A model generated the notes under the pieces. The model saw only the letters and a program-made list of their open reading frames with translations, did no database searches and was not told where the DNA came from. From the NCBI GenBank assembly GCA_964187785.1, contig OZ076415.1:52886001-52950000 (forward strand): 64,000 bases of DNA. The letters are read 5' to 3'. The stretch is from Amphiscolops sp. MND2022 (Eukaryota). Below, piece after piece: positions 47,959-60,944 of the stretch. Numbering within the stretch: the first letter of the stretch is position 1; every line of letters starts with the position of its first letter. The translations under genes and the position numbers were made by a program.

Positions 47959-50900
47959 ATATGCTCAGGTTGTTTTCAAGTAAAGTTTTTCAGAGATAGG
48001 AGTACCAAAAAATACCCAAAGGAAGCTTTTCGTGCTCAGAAACTACAACAGAAGAAAAACCAGATTGATGAAAAAATTTTCTCGGAAAATACCGCACTGG
48101 AAGACCTGAAGGCCCTAATTGAAAACGAAAAAATTAAAGGAATAATTTGGCGTCTTTAGAGACCCTTTACAACTTAGAGGTAAGTTGACCATTCAGTGTC
48201 ATGGTCTGACAAAAGCAAGCCATGAACAACCCGAACCGGTGCCCTGCTCAGTGTCCAAAAAGAGCAAATGGCTTGGAATGTACTATTGTGGAAAATTTTT
48301 AAATTTACATCGCCAAAAAGTCCTGAAGTGATACCCATAAAACCCGAAATTCGCTTTTCCGTTAACTCGAAGCATCGAAAGTAAAAAAATGTAGAAAAAT
48401 TGACCATATTTGCACACTTTTACCGAATAAAAAATTTTCAAATAGTCGCACAGTGCCGGAAAGACTTGTTGAAGCAACTCTCATCAATCCCATATGACCG
48501 GAAAATGATCAAAGAGATCACCCTGAAGACTCAGAAAACGGTTCTCCCCTAACGAAAACTTAGTTTCCAAAAATTGTTTTAGAAAATTTTCCTAAATTGT
48601 CTTAGATATATCGCATGGTGTCGAAAAACCTAAAGAGTCCTCCATGCTCGCAAAATGTTTCGTTTCTAGTAAAAAGTGAGTGGGGGTTTCAATAAAAACA
48701 AATATGATAAAGTCGCATGGAAGAAACGCCGGTCTTTTTTTAAAAAAAATAACAGTTTTCGGATATAGCTTGCTGAGAAAACCTAATTTCAAGAAAAATC
48801 AATGCCGGAAATTGTGAAGGGGTGAGGGGCTTTGGGGTTTTTGAAAATCCAATTTGATGCGAAATATTAAACTTTTTGTAAATAAATATATATTTTTTCA
48901 ATCAACTTGAACTTCGCAGTTTTATTGAACTTTTTGTAAATAAATATATATTTTTTCAATCAACTTGAACTTCGCAGTTTTATTGATGTTGATAATTGAA
49001 TCTTAATTAGAATCTTTATTTTAAATAAGACTGCAAAGCATTGAGTACCCCAATAAAGTAACTTTTTCGGCGTCTCTTTCGGGGGCGAGGAAATTATTCA
49101 TCTATAATTTATAGTATTAAAACACTCATTCACTTTTTTCAAGTCGCCAACAAGTAGAAGTCATTTGGTCACTTCCAATTAAATTCTATGGTCCCATTTC
49201 GTTGTCAATTGCGGTAGCAGTGAATCAGCGCTACCCCAAGTCTTTAGCAGCTAGTTTACAGTGTAGGGCGTTGAAAATTTGCAAAACGCCATTCGAAATT
49301 CCTGAACCACTCAGATGAAAGATTAAGTTTTCTGAAAAGGCATTCAAAATTCCCAAATCGTCATTTCAGTAATCCCTCTGCAGACCATTGCTCGCATACA
49401 GCTGGTGATTGAGATTGAAAGTTTAGGCCGTTATGCGAAGCAGCAATTTCATTCTTTTTACCTCTCCAGTAGCATGATAGTAACGTATGTTAATTTTGAA
49501 TTTCTGTTTTGTTAATTTCGATTGTCTAATTTTTGAAATTAGCCAATTGGAATCGAGATTATTGATAAAGCAGACTGGTTTTGGAAACAAATTTGAATGT
49601 CGTTTTGTAACTTTTCAACGTCTTACACTGTATTTAATACTCTTAGCGCCGGGGCAGCGCTATTATTGAGATGTCTGACGCAAACGAGTGATATTTATTC
49701 GTACTGCGAGTGCTCAACCGGCATTTGAATAAGGATGCCAAACGTATTGTCGTTGTATTTTCTCTTGTTAAAGTAGAAAAGCGTAGAGTCCGAGAAGAAT
49801 CAAAGGCGCTGTAAACTGGTATAGTGATTCACTGTGTATACATGTATATACACGTGATATGAATTAACAGGAGGGTATAGTCGTTTCAGGTAAATAGCTA
49901 ATTTGAGAATCATTGCGGGCTTTCTGCCTACTTTAAATTTCGAAAATCCAAAAATGTCTGAAAACCTGACCATAAAGTTTTAAAGTGGACGCAATTTATG
50001 TCAAATTTTGGGGGAAAAGTCGATAACGTAATACGAGAAATGAAAACGTTTTTATCCGAATTCAAGTACGTGTTAGATGTTACGAGAAACTTTTTACGTA
50101 ACTCTTTTTAGAGCTTTGAAAAATTCTCTAAGAAACGTTATATCCGGTGTACGTTATATCCGGAATTCGTTATATCCGGTATAAGTTGTGTCGTTATATC
50201 CGGTATATGTTGTATCGGGTACTCGTTATATCCGGTTTGCATTAAATCCGGTATGGATTGTTATTGTTGAAGGGGACTGCTTAGCACTTATTACAGCTTT
50301 GGAAAGTTCTCCGAGAAACGTTAAATCCGGCATACGTTTTATTCGGAATTCGTTAGGGTTAAATCATGTATGGGTTGCGTTTTTGTCGAAAGGGACTCCT
50401 TAGCACTTTTTACAGCTCAAATGTAGTATGTAGATTGTTTAGAAGGGACATCGCCAACAGCCTATAAAGTTAATAACATCTGCCACTTCGTCGGTCTTAT
50501 AAGTATAATAAACAAGCCGGAAGCGGCCCAAGTCGGTGCCATATCTAAGGCTCAAAAATAGCAAAAGGACTTCAAAGTGTCAATTATTCTCTTCTACAGT
50601 GCCCGAATGGGGAAAATTTCCAAAATTTTTCTCGAAATTTTTTTGAAGTATCCGGTAAGTCGCATAGTGCTGAAAATTGTAAAAGGGTGGACTCTTTGTG
50701 ATTTTTTCAACGTCCTTCTGTTGCAAAAAATTAAGGGGGGATCCTTTGGAGACATTAAAAAAATGCAAAAAATTGTCTCACAAAGCCGAAATAACATGCA
50801 CAAAAAAATTTTGGTCAAGGGTAAGACTCGAACCCATGTCCTTCTGCTTGGCAGACCTCAAAAATTATTATAAACCTCTATGCCAAGTGGCAGTAGAAGT

Positions 50901-51994
50901 TGCGGTTACAAGCTTAGTGTGGCAGTTAGTGGAAGCAATAACTTCAGCTTATAAAGCCTATAAAATCTGTCACGTCATTGGTCCTAAAAAAGCCAGTGCT
51001 ATAGTCTGCGTTTTCTACGAAAAGCGCCTACTTAAAAACCCACTACTATAGTCTGCATTTTTTAAGAAAGCGCCGACTACAAATATGCTCAGGTTGTTTT
51101 CAAGTAAAGTTTTTCAGAGATAGGAGTACCAAAAAATACCCAAAGGAAGCTTTTCGTGCTCAGAAACTACAACAGAAGAAAAACCAGATTGATGAAAAAA
51201 TTTTCTCGGAAAATACCGCACTGGAAGACCTGAAGGCCCTAACTGAAAACGAAAAAATTAAAGGGGGAATAATTTGGCGTCTTTAGAGACCCTTTACAAC
51301 TTAGAGGTAAGTTGACCATTCAGTGTCATGGTCTGACAAAAGCAAGCCATGAACAACCCGAACCGGTGCCCTGCTCAGTGTCCAAAAAGAGCAAATGGCT
51401 TGGAATGTACTATTGTGGAAAATTTTTAAATTTACATCGCCAAAAAGTCCTGAAGTGATACCCATAAAACCCGAAATTCGCTTTTCCGTTAACTCGAAGC
51501 ATCGAAAGTAAAAAAATGTAGAAAAATTGACCATATTTGCACACTTTTACCGAATAAAAATTTTCAAATAGTCGCACAGTGCCGGAAAGACTTGTTGAAG
51601 CAACTCTCATCAATCCCATATGACCGGAAAATGATCAAAGAGATCACCCTGAAGACTCAGAAAACGGTTCTCCCCTAACGAAAACTTAGTTTCCAAAAAT
51701 TGTTTTAGAAAATTTTCCTAAATTGTCTTAGATATATCGCATGGTGCCGAAAAACCTAAAGAGTCCTCCATGCTCGCAAAATGTTTCGTTTCTAGTAAAA
51801 AGTGAGTGGGGGTTTCAATAAAAACAAATATGATAAAGTCGCATGGAAGAAACGCCGGTCTTTTTTTAAAAAAAATAACAGTTTTCGGATATAGCTTGCT
51901 GAGAAAACCTAATTTCAAGAAAAATCAATGCCGGAAATTGTGAAGGGGTGAGGGGCTTTGGGGTTTTTGAAAATCCAATTTGATGCGAAATATT

Positions 51995-52630
51995 AAACAA
52001 GCCGAGAACGGCCCAAGTCGGCGCCATATCCAAGGCTCAAAAATAGCAAAAGGACTTCAAAATTTCCTAGTATTGGTGAATTGGGAACACTTTTATGAAA
52101 AATTTTCGAAAAAAAAGTCCCACAATGCCGCAAAAATCTAAAGTGTAGGTTTGGTCTCGTCCGGTATTGTATGTTACGCGGGAAACCTTTTTGGTTTAGA
52201 TCCTTGGGCCAACAGGTAAATTTTGGCGTCTTCTATAAATTTTGTAGAACTTTTGGTAGAACTATTTTGGTCAGTTCAGGTGGTCTTAACAAAACTGACG
52301 AAAAGCCATGACTATAGTCGACTCTTGTCTTAAGAAAAGCGCCGACTAAAAATGAAGGGGTCCCTTTGGAGACAAAAATCTCACAAATCCGAAATAACAA
52401 TGGCAATTTTTTCGGTCAAGTTCGAGAATCGATCCCACGTCTTTCTGCTTCGCTGTCTCCAAAAATTCCTGATTAACCTCTGTCCCAAGTGGCAGTGATG
52501 TTACAAGTTTAATGCGGCAGTAGACAGTGAAGCAGCAGCTTATAAAACTTAAAAAATCTGTAACTTTGAAGGTCTTAAAAAAGAAGGCCACTACTATAGT
52601 CTGCTCTTTCTGCGAAAGCGCCGACTAAAA
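51995..52630 (-). mobile_element. HINE family A, with two 5'-type termini (~52352 and ~52630)
   Basis: aaacaagccgagaacggcccaagtcggcgcc; aagcgccgactaaaa twice. Confidence 0.75.
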
Positions 52631-53451
52631 ACTTGGAGCGATGCCACGTCCTCCTGCTTCTCAGGTCCCATCTTCCGGTCTGGAAATCCGCGTTAATCAC
52701 TGGGCCAAAAGACGGTCCCCCTTCCGTTGAAAACTTATATAATTCCATTAAAAATTATTAAAAGTGGACGTCTCAGGGTGACTGAAAATCTTGCCACTCT
52801 GAATGCGCACTTTTTGTAAAAAGCGCCGATTGAAAAGACTGCCTCTGTAACTTTCGGGCACTTTTTGTGTTTCATAAAGCGCCGACTGAAAAGTCATTTG
52901 AACTTCCCCAACTTGTGGAACTGTACGGCTTCACATTATCAAAAAGTCCGTTAGCTTGAATATTGTTGTAACGCTGTCTACGCGACTTTTCTCTGCAAAA
53001 TCTCGACATATTTGTGTCGGTAATCGGCCTCAGAGCTTCTACTTTCTTACAATGCAATGGTAATTATCACTTACTATTGTAGTAAAATGCCCATAGTCAA
53101 AGATAGTCATAGTAGGCTGCTTTCAGACACAATTATAAAATTTGCACTTCCGCGACTTCAAAAGTGTTTCTGACAAATGTTTGAAATTAGATTTACTCCC
53201 GGAGCTTTGATTTTTTGGAGACGCAGCAATATTGCACTCCGAAGGGTTCGATTTCAGTAGAATTGATGGCAGATCCTAATATTCAATTTTTGTTTTCTGC
53301 ATCAAAATCAAGAGTCAGGAACATCTTATTCGATGCAGTCATTTCAAGTTGAATTCCTGAGATGAAAGTCTTGTCGGTTATCTTGTTTAACCTTTTAATA
53401 TTTTAGAGTTGATTAAATTGTTGAATGCAGTTCTTAAACTAATTTGAAAGA

Positions 53452-54043
53452 ATGGCGAAAAGGAAACTCGGGGACACTAACGGCGATCCGTCGAAAGTTC
53501 TGGCCCTGGAGATGGATATCATATCGGCTTTATCCCACGCAGGTGTCGGGGAAGTTGTGGAAAACGTTTTCTCTTATCTGGATGATGTCTCGTTGCTGGA
53601 AGCAGAAAAAGTTTGCCGAAAATGGTCGCAAATAATTGACGAAGGTGATGAATTTTTGTGGCGTAATGTTTTGCAGGAGAAACTTGAGAGGGATCCACTT
53701 TGGAGACAACTAAGCGCCAGAAAAACTTGGATGAAAGAAGTGTTGAATGTATTTCCCGCTCTTCCATGTTCATTTGAGAAATACCGCGACATTTATTTTG
53801 CCGCGTTTAAAGACCTACGGCGTTTGAACCAAAACTGGGAGTCAGGAAATTGTGAAAGATTTTCTATACCAGTTACGCAAGTGGAGAAATTGATGCTGAA
53901 CGGGAGCAAAATTGTCGGTGTTGTCACTACCCCTGAAAAAATTAAAGTTTGGGATAGAGAGAATTACCGATGCATTTGGAGTGCTGATGTTCCTAGTGGA
54001 ATAGTATCCGCGCAGTTGAATGAAAACATATTGATAGCCAGTA
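53452..54043 (+). CDS. Divergent beta-TrCP-like F-box/WD40 protein, exon with F-box and first WD repeats
   Basis: DIISAL...VENVFSYLDDVSLLEAEKVCRKW...LWR...RDPLWRQLSARKTW...NWESG...KIKVWDR parallels beta-TrCP; candidate donor gtatgc at 54044 (or gtagta at 54041). Confidence 0.8.
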
Positions 54044-54639
54044 GTATGCGAATTTCCGTTCTCGACCAAGCTAGCAATAAAACTAATCAGCAAGATCCCA
54101 GGCTAGCAACACAATCAACTTTTTACGCCTGGCTAGCAACAAAATTTATTCTAGTGAATACGTTATCAATCAACAAACAACGTACTTTTTCAAAGACGGA
54201 AATTGCATGTGGAAACACGAGTGTTGTAAAAATTCATCAGTCGCAATTTTCAACGTACTGAGCTTTCAGTTTATAGAAAAATTTTAATTGTCTCAAATTT
54301 CCGCCTCATTTTTCACTTCATTTTTTTGTTGAATTTTATAAAAGAGAATTTTGAAATATGTCAATCGGATTATAAGAATCTACGGTGTCATTTCAAGAGC
54401 GCAGTTTTTGTTTAGGGAGCTCGATCAAACATCTTTCGGTGGAGTGTACTTTGTGTAGTGGGATCCTTGCATCTGTTTTCTTAGTTTTTCATTGACAAGG
54501 TGATTTTTTCTGCGAATTAAAAGTGGCGCGATACCACTCAAATTGTAGAGGTTTTTAGTGCTTGTGTTCCTCATACAGCCTTCAGAGATTTTCATTATGA
54601 TAGCGGTGGTGTCAGGGTTGGCTGTTGTTGCCCAGGGTT

Positions 54640-55010
54640 CGCGACGGGGTTGCACATAGACATGAACCCAATTTCATAAATAACCATTCTAAACGAACTG
54701 ATATCCACTACCAACTGATGCAACCAGTGGATGATGAACATTTAGAAGGACCAGGTTGGCAATTGCGAAACAGAAGTTTTACCCTAAGTTTATATAAAGT
54801 AAACGATATTCAAGCATCATCTTGGGTAGAACCTCTAAAATATAAGAATAATTTAACAATACTAAGCATTCAGACTAATGATAAATATTGTTTATTGTGC
54901 ATTTTGGGACATTTTGTATCCAGTTGATGGTCATAAGTACAGAGTATCAAATTTTCCAATACATTCCAAGGAACTTAATTCGGAAGGATTAGAATTTTTC
55001 ATGTCAAAGT
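54640..55010 (+). pseudogene. Polinton/Maverick protein-primed DNA polymerase B, N-terminal fragment
   Basis: IQASSWVEP..YKNN..ILSIQTNDKYCL..ILGH..P...RVSNF..ELN.EGLEF pattern typical of Polinton pPolB N-region. Confidence 0.6.
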
Positions 55011-55938
55011 AGAAATAATTCATTTTCCGAAAATAATTCTTACGAAATAACTTTAATACTGAGGATGCCGGATATAATCAACGTCTTGCGTTTCTGATAA
55101 TCGAACTTTCTTATATCCAGGTTTTGAAAGGAACGAAATTGACAGTCGGGGCCAAGAAACGCATTGACTATAAACGGGTATTTCTTATAAGCGAGTTTCT
55201 TATATCCGGGATCCACTGTATAAATATATTTTAACTGGGTGGTTCTGTAATTTTCTTATGACAGTTTATATAAAGAAAAAAGTTATCAACCGTAATTAGT
55301 TCTGCAGTATTATATACGGCACTGTCAAGAAACATTCATTTTCGTCCTACTTGTAGACGTTCAACATGTATTAGTTGAGAACATGCACTAAACAGCTGCC
55401 TAGAAGATGTATTTATCAACAGCCTTAAATCAAGTTGGAAAAGTGAAAACACGAGATACACACAAACTTGTATTCATAAAACCCCACCTGAAATGGGTGA
55501 CGACTAATTAATTAACAACATAATCTAATTAACATAATCACTTGACAAGGCAACAGTAGTCGTATCAACACTCCCTTCACTTTATGGTCGTGTTAGCCTG
55601 TGTAATGGCTCGTGAAGGTAAAGGTGAAGGCAAGGACTAGTTAAGGCAAGAATAGGCTGGTTGGCTAGTGAATGCGGAGGCAAACATAGATAAAGCATAC
55701 GGCGTAATAAAATGAAAACATTATCACATGTATGTGCGCTACAAAATGAATAAATTATCGATCCAGAAATTATATATTGCGTGCTGACACAGCAGGCAAG
55801 TAGGGGAGGTTAAAATTAATACATTATAGAGTTAGGATTAACAGCATGCGCGCTACAAAATGAAGGCATTACCAAGTGAGGGATGTGATTAATTAGTATA
55901 TGCGCTACAAAAAGAATACAATGTCGAAACAAAGGCCA

Positions 55939-58900
55939 TCACAAGGCTAATTGTACCTCACGAAACACAGATTCTAGAGACATTTGTGACATAGCATTGA
56001 GTAGCAGCTGGGAGCTTGAACTTTTGGGTTTTGTTAAACAATCCGCTAACTGTGCTTTTGTTGGTATCCAGACTAATTTCTCAACTTTCTTGTTTTGTAT
56101 AAATTCACGAATGTACGCGATATCAACGCGTAGTCTCTTGTCCGAAATTGAGTTGGACGTATAAATAGCATCGACTAGGGATTTGTTATCGCTGTGGTGC
56201 TTTCCCATGATATTCTGCAGCAAGTTTTGCATAGAGACACTACAATTTAAACCGTCGATACATCCAATCCGCCGATACATTCGGCCGCCAATGTGCTCCT
56301 AGCTACTCTGCGCAATTTACTACTTTTCCAGGCAAGAACAGAGAATTGCAGTGGTCCGGTTGACCAAAAAAATTATATAGCCGGCATGAGTGGTTCCATC
56401 GGTATTGTTGTTGAATGATGCATCCGTAAAACAGCAAATTGACCATTATTGCGGGTTCTGTAGATCTGGAAACCGAAAGATTATCGGAGGCCCACTCGCC
56501 AATGTGTGCACTAGTTTGTTGGCTTGATTAACGGTACCGACAGTCGCCATATGGTTCTAAGCCATAAGCAGCGATACTTTATGACAGATGTCAGGTCTGA
56601 CTTGCATTGCATGCCATAGAGTTTTTCCAAGGAGAGCACGTAATACAGAGCGCTCTTCAGGATCAAGTGGTGAATTAGCGTTTCTTCTAGCTGATTCCAA
56701 TTTCAGCTCAGTCATTTCTTGTCTGTATGTGTCAGGATTGCACTCAACCGCGCCGCCAGACTTGGCAATTTGAACACCGAGATAGGTAGCCGGCAAATCC
56801 GTTACAGTGCCGGCAACAAAAAGAGTTTTTAATTCGGCAACAATGTGGTCAACTTCGCGGTCTTCGCCACATATCCAGAAGTCATCCACATGCACAGATA
56901 TAAGACATCTGATACTTCCACTAGTTTCGACGAATACACATGGGTCTTCCTCGGACTTTTCAAATCCATAGTTTGATAATTCGAATTCCACTCGTCGGTA
57001 CCACTGTCTAGATACATCAACAAGACCATATACACACACTTATTCAACTTCCAAAGACAACTGGGCTGTGCGAAATCACGGGGAGGACGAACAAAAACGT
57101 CTCACTCAATGGGATAACCTTGCAGAAATGCCGATTTGACATCAATAACCACACATTTCCACTTGTTTTTCGAGACGAAAATTGATATTATGGTCCTGAA
57201 TGCTTCTTTACTACAAGTCGGCGACCTTTTTACTAAGTTGTCATAATCAGGATCCTGAAACCCTTTTGCCACTAGTCTAGCTCTAGTTTCTCCGGTTTTC
57301 TTCATTGAGAAGACCCAACGAGTATCTATGGAAAATTGTCCTGTGTATTCAACGGGCTCAAAAACTCTGAACCGCTTCCTGTTGCCGTCCTGTACTCTAG
57401 GTACGGGAGCTTCCTCGGGGGTTTCTGACGGTGAACAATCCGACTTGGCCTGGAGCTGAGTTTTAGTAACGGGTGGGATTGTCCGTACAGGATCAGCTGA
57501 TGTGTCTTCTTCGTCGCCCTCGACATCACTGCATACGGGATAGTCTTCCGATGGCTCTAGAGGTTGATTTTGGCCACGTACTGTTTCTGAAGTTTCTGGA
57601 TGACTTTTTTGAGCTGGTGTCAGTTGCTTAGCAGTTTCATCGTCAAACCGGTGTCTAAGATGAGTCTTGTGGACTTTTATTGGTTTTCCTGAGTGGCGCA
57701 TGAATACCACAGATCCATCAACGCCCAGGACAACACCACGGCCTCTCCACCTACCATTTTGGTGATAGTATACTTGGTCGCCAATCTGGAAATGACGCTC
57801 GTCATAGCGTACAATTGATCGGAGAGCCCGTTTGATCTTCCCTGACGCTTCAGCCATCGTGTACTCCCGTCGAGCAACCGTCAACGTGTTCAAATGGTTA
57901 GACACTACCGAGTGCATGTCACCTTCGTTCGCAGGTGGCTCATTAATCGTAACATTTGGCAGTCGTGGAAGACGGCCATAAACGAGTTGGTACGGCGAGA
58001 ATCCTTGTGTCGCAGAGAGGCAATTCTTTGCAAATACAGCCTGTTGCAAACAGTGAATCATCTGATTGATCTGAATCTGCTCTCGTTTTTAGATAACATT
58101 CGGTGAGGACCTGATTGTGCCATTCGCAACATCCATTGGACCAAGAACTATTGGCAGCAGTGCTCATCAACATGATATTAAAGCATTCAGCGTTCTGTCT
58201 AAAAATGTCATTATCGAACTCACCGCCATTGTCAGATAAAATAGCATCAAGTACTCCAAATACAAAGTCCATACTTTGTTGAACATTGCAACGATCGTTT
58301 CGGCTCTCTTATCTGTAATTAAAATTGCTTGACTGAATCTGGTGAATACATCTATAATGTGAAGATAATAGTAATTTTCTGCTAATTGGTGTAAATCTAA
58401 AGCGACAACGCCGTTGAAATGGGTAGATAGCGGCATGGTGACAACTGGTCGTGGCTTTGCTCGTCCAAATTTCACACAAACTCCACATGCCGAGACAACT
58501 GATGCCACTAGTTTAGTCAGTTTCTTTCCTTCTTGTCCAGCAGATTTCAAGAGGTTCAGCAACCGTTTCTCATGACAATGGGCGAACTGCCTATACAGTT
58601 TCAATACTTGCTTTTCTGATATTTCTCCATCGTTCGCAATCAAGGCAAGGTGATCAGTCCCCTGATGTGGCGGTATTAAGGATACCGTGAGATGCCCAGT
58701 TGAAGTCTGCTCGAGTTTCAATGGTGCTTCTGATCCAGGTAGCGTCAGTGTGTTATCTTTCAGATTTGAGATAATCGATGCTCTTTTCATTGACTCAATG
58801 CTAAGTAGGTTGCCCGGTAGCACTTCGACTTTCAATGTACACACCAGATCGGCTAATTGAATAGGCACAGTCACGCATTCTAAGCTCTTAACAGTTGAGC

Positions 58901-59909
58901 CATCACCAAACATAATTCGTGATCGTGTTGTCGATCGATTAACCATTTTCTGACAAAATTTTGCTATTTTATGGAGATAACGCAGCATCCGAACTTCTCC
59001 ACATACAAATTTTGTGCACGCTGTGTCAAGAATGCCTCTTCCAGTGCATTCATTTAGCATCGACGGTGATAGGCTGGCCAGTGAAAGAAAAGCTTTTTCT
59101 TTGTCTTCTTCGCGCTTTTCCTTGTCAGGACAATCACGTACCCAATGGTTTCGCGAACCACAGGATCGACAAGTCGTGACTGCACCATCTGGACCCCGAG
59201 GGTTTCTTCCACTGTCATTCTGATAAAACTTCTTGTTCGACGACCGAAACAGCTTTTCCACTGCCACTTCTTTGTGGGTATGGCCTCTTCAATCGGCTGG
59301 AATTCCAGAAAGCGACGTCGTCACTTCCATGGTCCGATATTTCTGTGGCTTTGAAAACGGGTTCTGCCTTTACGATAAGTGGATTGGATTCTGCGGTAAC
59401 TGTGTCACAAAACACGCGCTTCAAAGTGCTCTGCATTGATGAGGGAGTCAAAGTAGCTGTTGAAGCAAGAACCATCTGTCGCTCAGATTGGCTCAGTCCA
59501 GCGCTGTACATTTTACAGGCCACGACTGCATCGGGAAGGACCATTTTCAGCGTCTTCATGCGCTCATAAATTCTATCGAACGCTAAAATATAATCGGTCA
59601 TCGACTGAGTTTCGTATTTTTGAGATTTTCGAAGATCACGAAGATTTCATACATGGTGTCAACTTCGTTTTTCGCGAAGCAGTTCAGTTTTTCCCTCAGT
59701 TTCGTAACCCCGTCGTCGTGATTCAATTCAGATAGTGGTATTTCACGCGCAAGTTCTCGCTTTCGCCCAGTCAGTGATAGGGCCAGAGCAGGTGCTTGCT
59801 TCGCCTTAGGCAAGTCTGTTATCACCAACCACATAACAACTTCACTGCTCCAGCACTCGAAGCTTTTGTCTTCCGACCACATAGGCGGAGTTTTGTATCC
59901 AGTAGCCAC
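55939..59909 (-). pseudogene. Copia gag-pol polyprotein, fragmented
   Basis: ORFs 59598-59909, 59215-59601, 58167-59267, 57943-58272, 57102-58061, 56557-57039, 55939-56280. Confidence 0.9.
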
Positions 59910-59919
59910 CGTGTCTTCT

Positions 59920-59930
59920 CTCTGCTACCA
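59920..59930 (-). promoter_or_regulatory. Copia PBS complementary to initiator tRNA-Met
   Basis: TGGTAGCAGAG directly after LTR end ...TTTTCACA. Confidence 0.9.
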
Positions 59931-60003
59931 TGTGAAAACACGAGATACACACAAAGTTGTAATCATAAAACCCCACCTGAAATGGGTGACGACTAATTAA
60001 TTA

Positions 60004-60470
60004 ACAAGACGCCCGCTGAGGAGCGGGATATTTTCCGCCCCGAACTGTTCTACAACTACATAAATTTGAGGCTCAAGAATAACTAATGCACTATAAAAAC
60101 GCTGAGAAGTTCGAAGAAAAGAAAGCTTCGATTCATCTTGTCCATTTTTCTAATTCGCGGTGTCTCAAAAAATGGCAAAAATTGCATAAAAATGTTTAAA
60201 AATGAGAAATTTGGGAATTTTTGTCATTTTCGGGGTCATTTTGTCATTAAGGGGTCATTTTCGTCATTTTCGTCATTTTTTAAAAAAACTTCAAAAATCT
60301 CTACAAATACATATCGCACGAAGCTAAATTTATGTGGGTTGAATTCTATGGGTAACACCCTTAAATTTAAATATAAATAAAATCTTGGCAAATTTTGTAA
60401 AAAAAAAAAAAAAAAAAAACCGTTTGATTTAAATATTTTCCTTTCCCATATGAAATATGGGCGGAAAATA
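60004..60470 (-). mobile_element. Helentron-like HINE family B inserted in the Copia LTR
   Basis: Sub-TIR tattttccgccc/gggcggaaaata, hairpin cccgct-cctc-agcggg, ends cttgt; comparison with the intact LTR shows T|T insertion without TSD. Confidence 0.85.
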
Positions 60471-60526
60471 ACAACATAATCTAATTAACATAATCACTTG
60501 ACTAGGCAACAGTAGTCGTATCAACA

Positions 60527-60938
60527 CTCCCTTCACTTTATGGTCGTGTTAGCCTGTGTAATGGCTCGTGAAGGTAAAGGTGAAGGCAAGGACTAGTTAA
60601 GGCAAGAATAGGCTGGTTGGCTAGTGAATGCGGAGGCAAACATAGATAAAGCATACGGCGTAATAAAATGAAAACATTATCACATGTATGTGCGCTACAA
60701 AATGAATAAATTATCGATCCAGAAATTATATATTGCGTGCTGACACAGCAGGCAAGTAGGGGAGGTTAAAATTAATACATTATAGAGTTAGGATTAACAG
60801 CATGCGCGCTACAAAATGAAGGCATTACCAAGTGAGGGATGTGATTAATTAGCATATGCGCTACAAAAAGAATACAAAGTCGAAACAAAGGCCATCACAA
60901 GGCTAATTGTACCTCACGAAACACAGATTCTAGAGACG
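60527..60938 (-). repeat. Second copy of Copia RNase H tail, 3' UTR and PPT, upstream of the 5' LTR
   Basis: Near-identical to 55571-55981. Confidence 0.9.
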
Positions 60939-60944
60939 CTCCTA

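Larger units (their letters stand above)
45806..51997. repeat. Tandem segmental duplication: 45806-48871, 58-bp partial copy 48872-48929, 48930-51997
   Basis: Identical ORFs at offset 3124 (e.g. 46363/49487, 47064/50188); only a few substitutions and indels seen by eye. Confidence 0.95.
55442..60526 (-). mobile_element. Ty1/Copia LTR retrotransposon, GalEa-like
   Basis: 129-bp LTRs (55442-55570; 59931-60526 split by an insertion), PBS TGGTAGCAGAG (iMet), PPT aagtgaagggag; gag YKTPPMW...KQAPALALSL, CRSCGSRNHWVRDC, ILDTAC, IN SDNGGEF, RT YGLVDVSRQW/HVDDF, RNase H; IN precedes RT. Confidence 0.9.

Noticed and set aside
60398-60420. Poly-A tract as a retroposon tail
   Set aside because: Internal to HINE family B, with no TSD or upstream LINE/SINE body recognised.
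60004-60474. Apparent 6-bp TSD (taacaa) around the insertion in the Copia LTR
   Set aside because: Fully explained by the element's own cttgt end inserted at T|T; no true TSD is needed.
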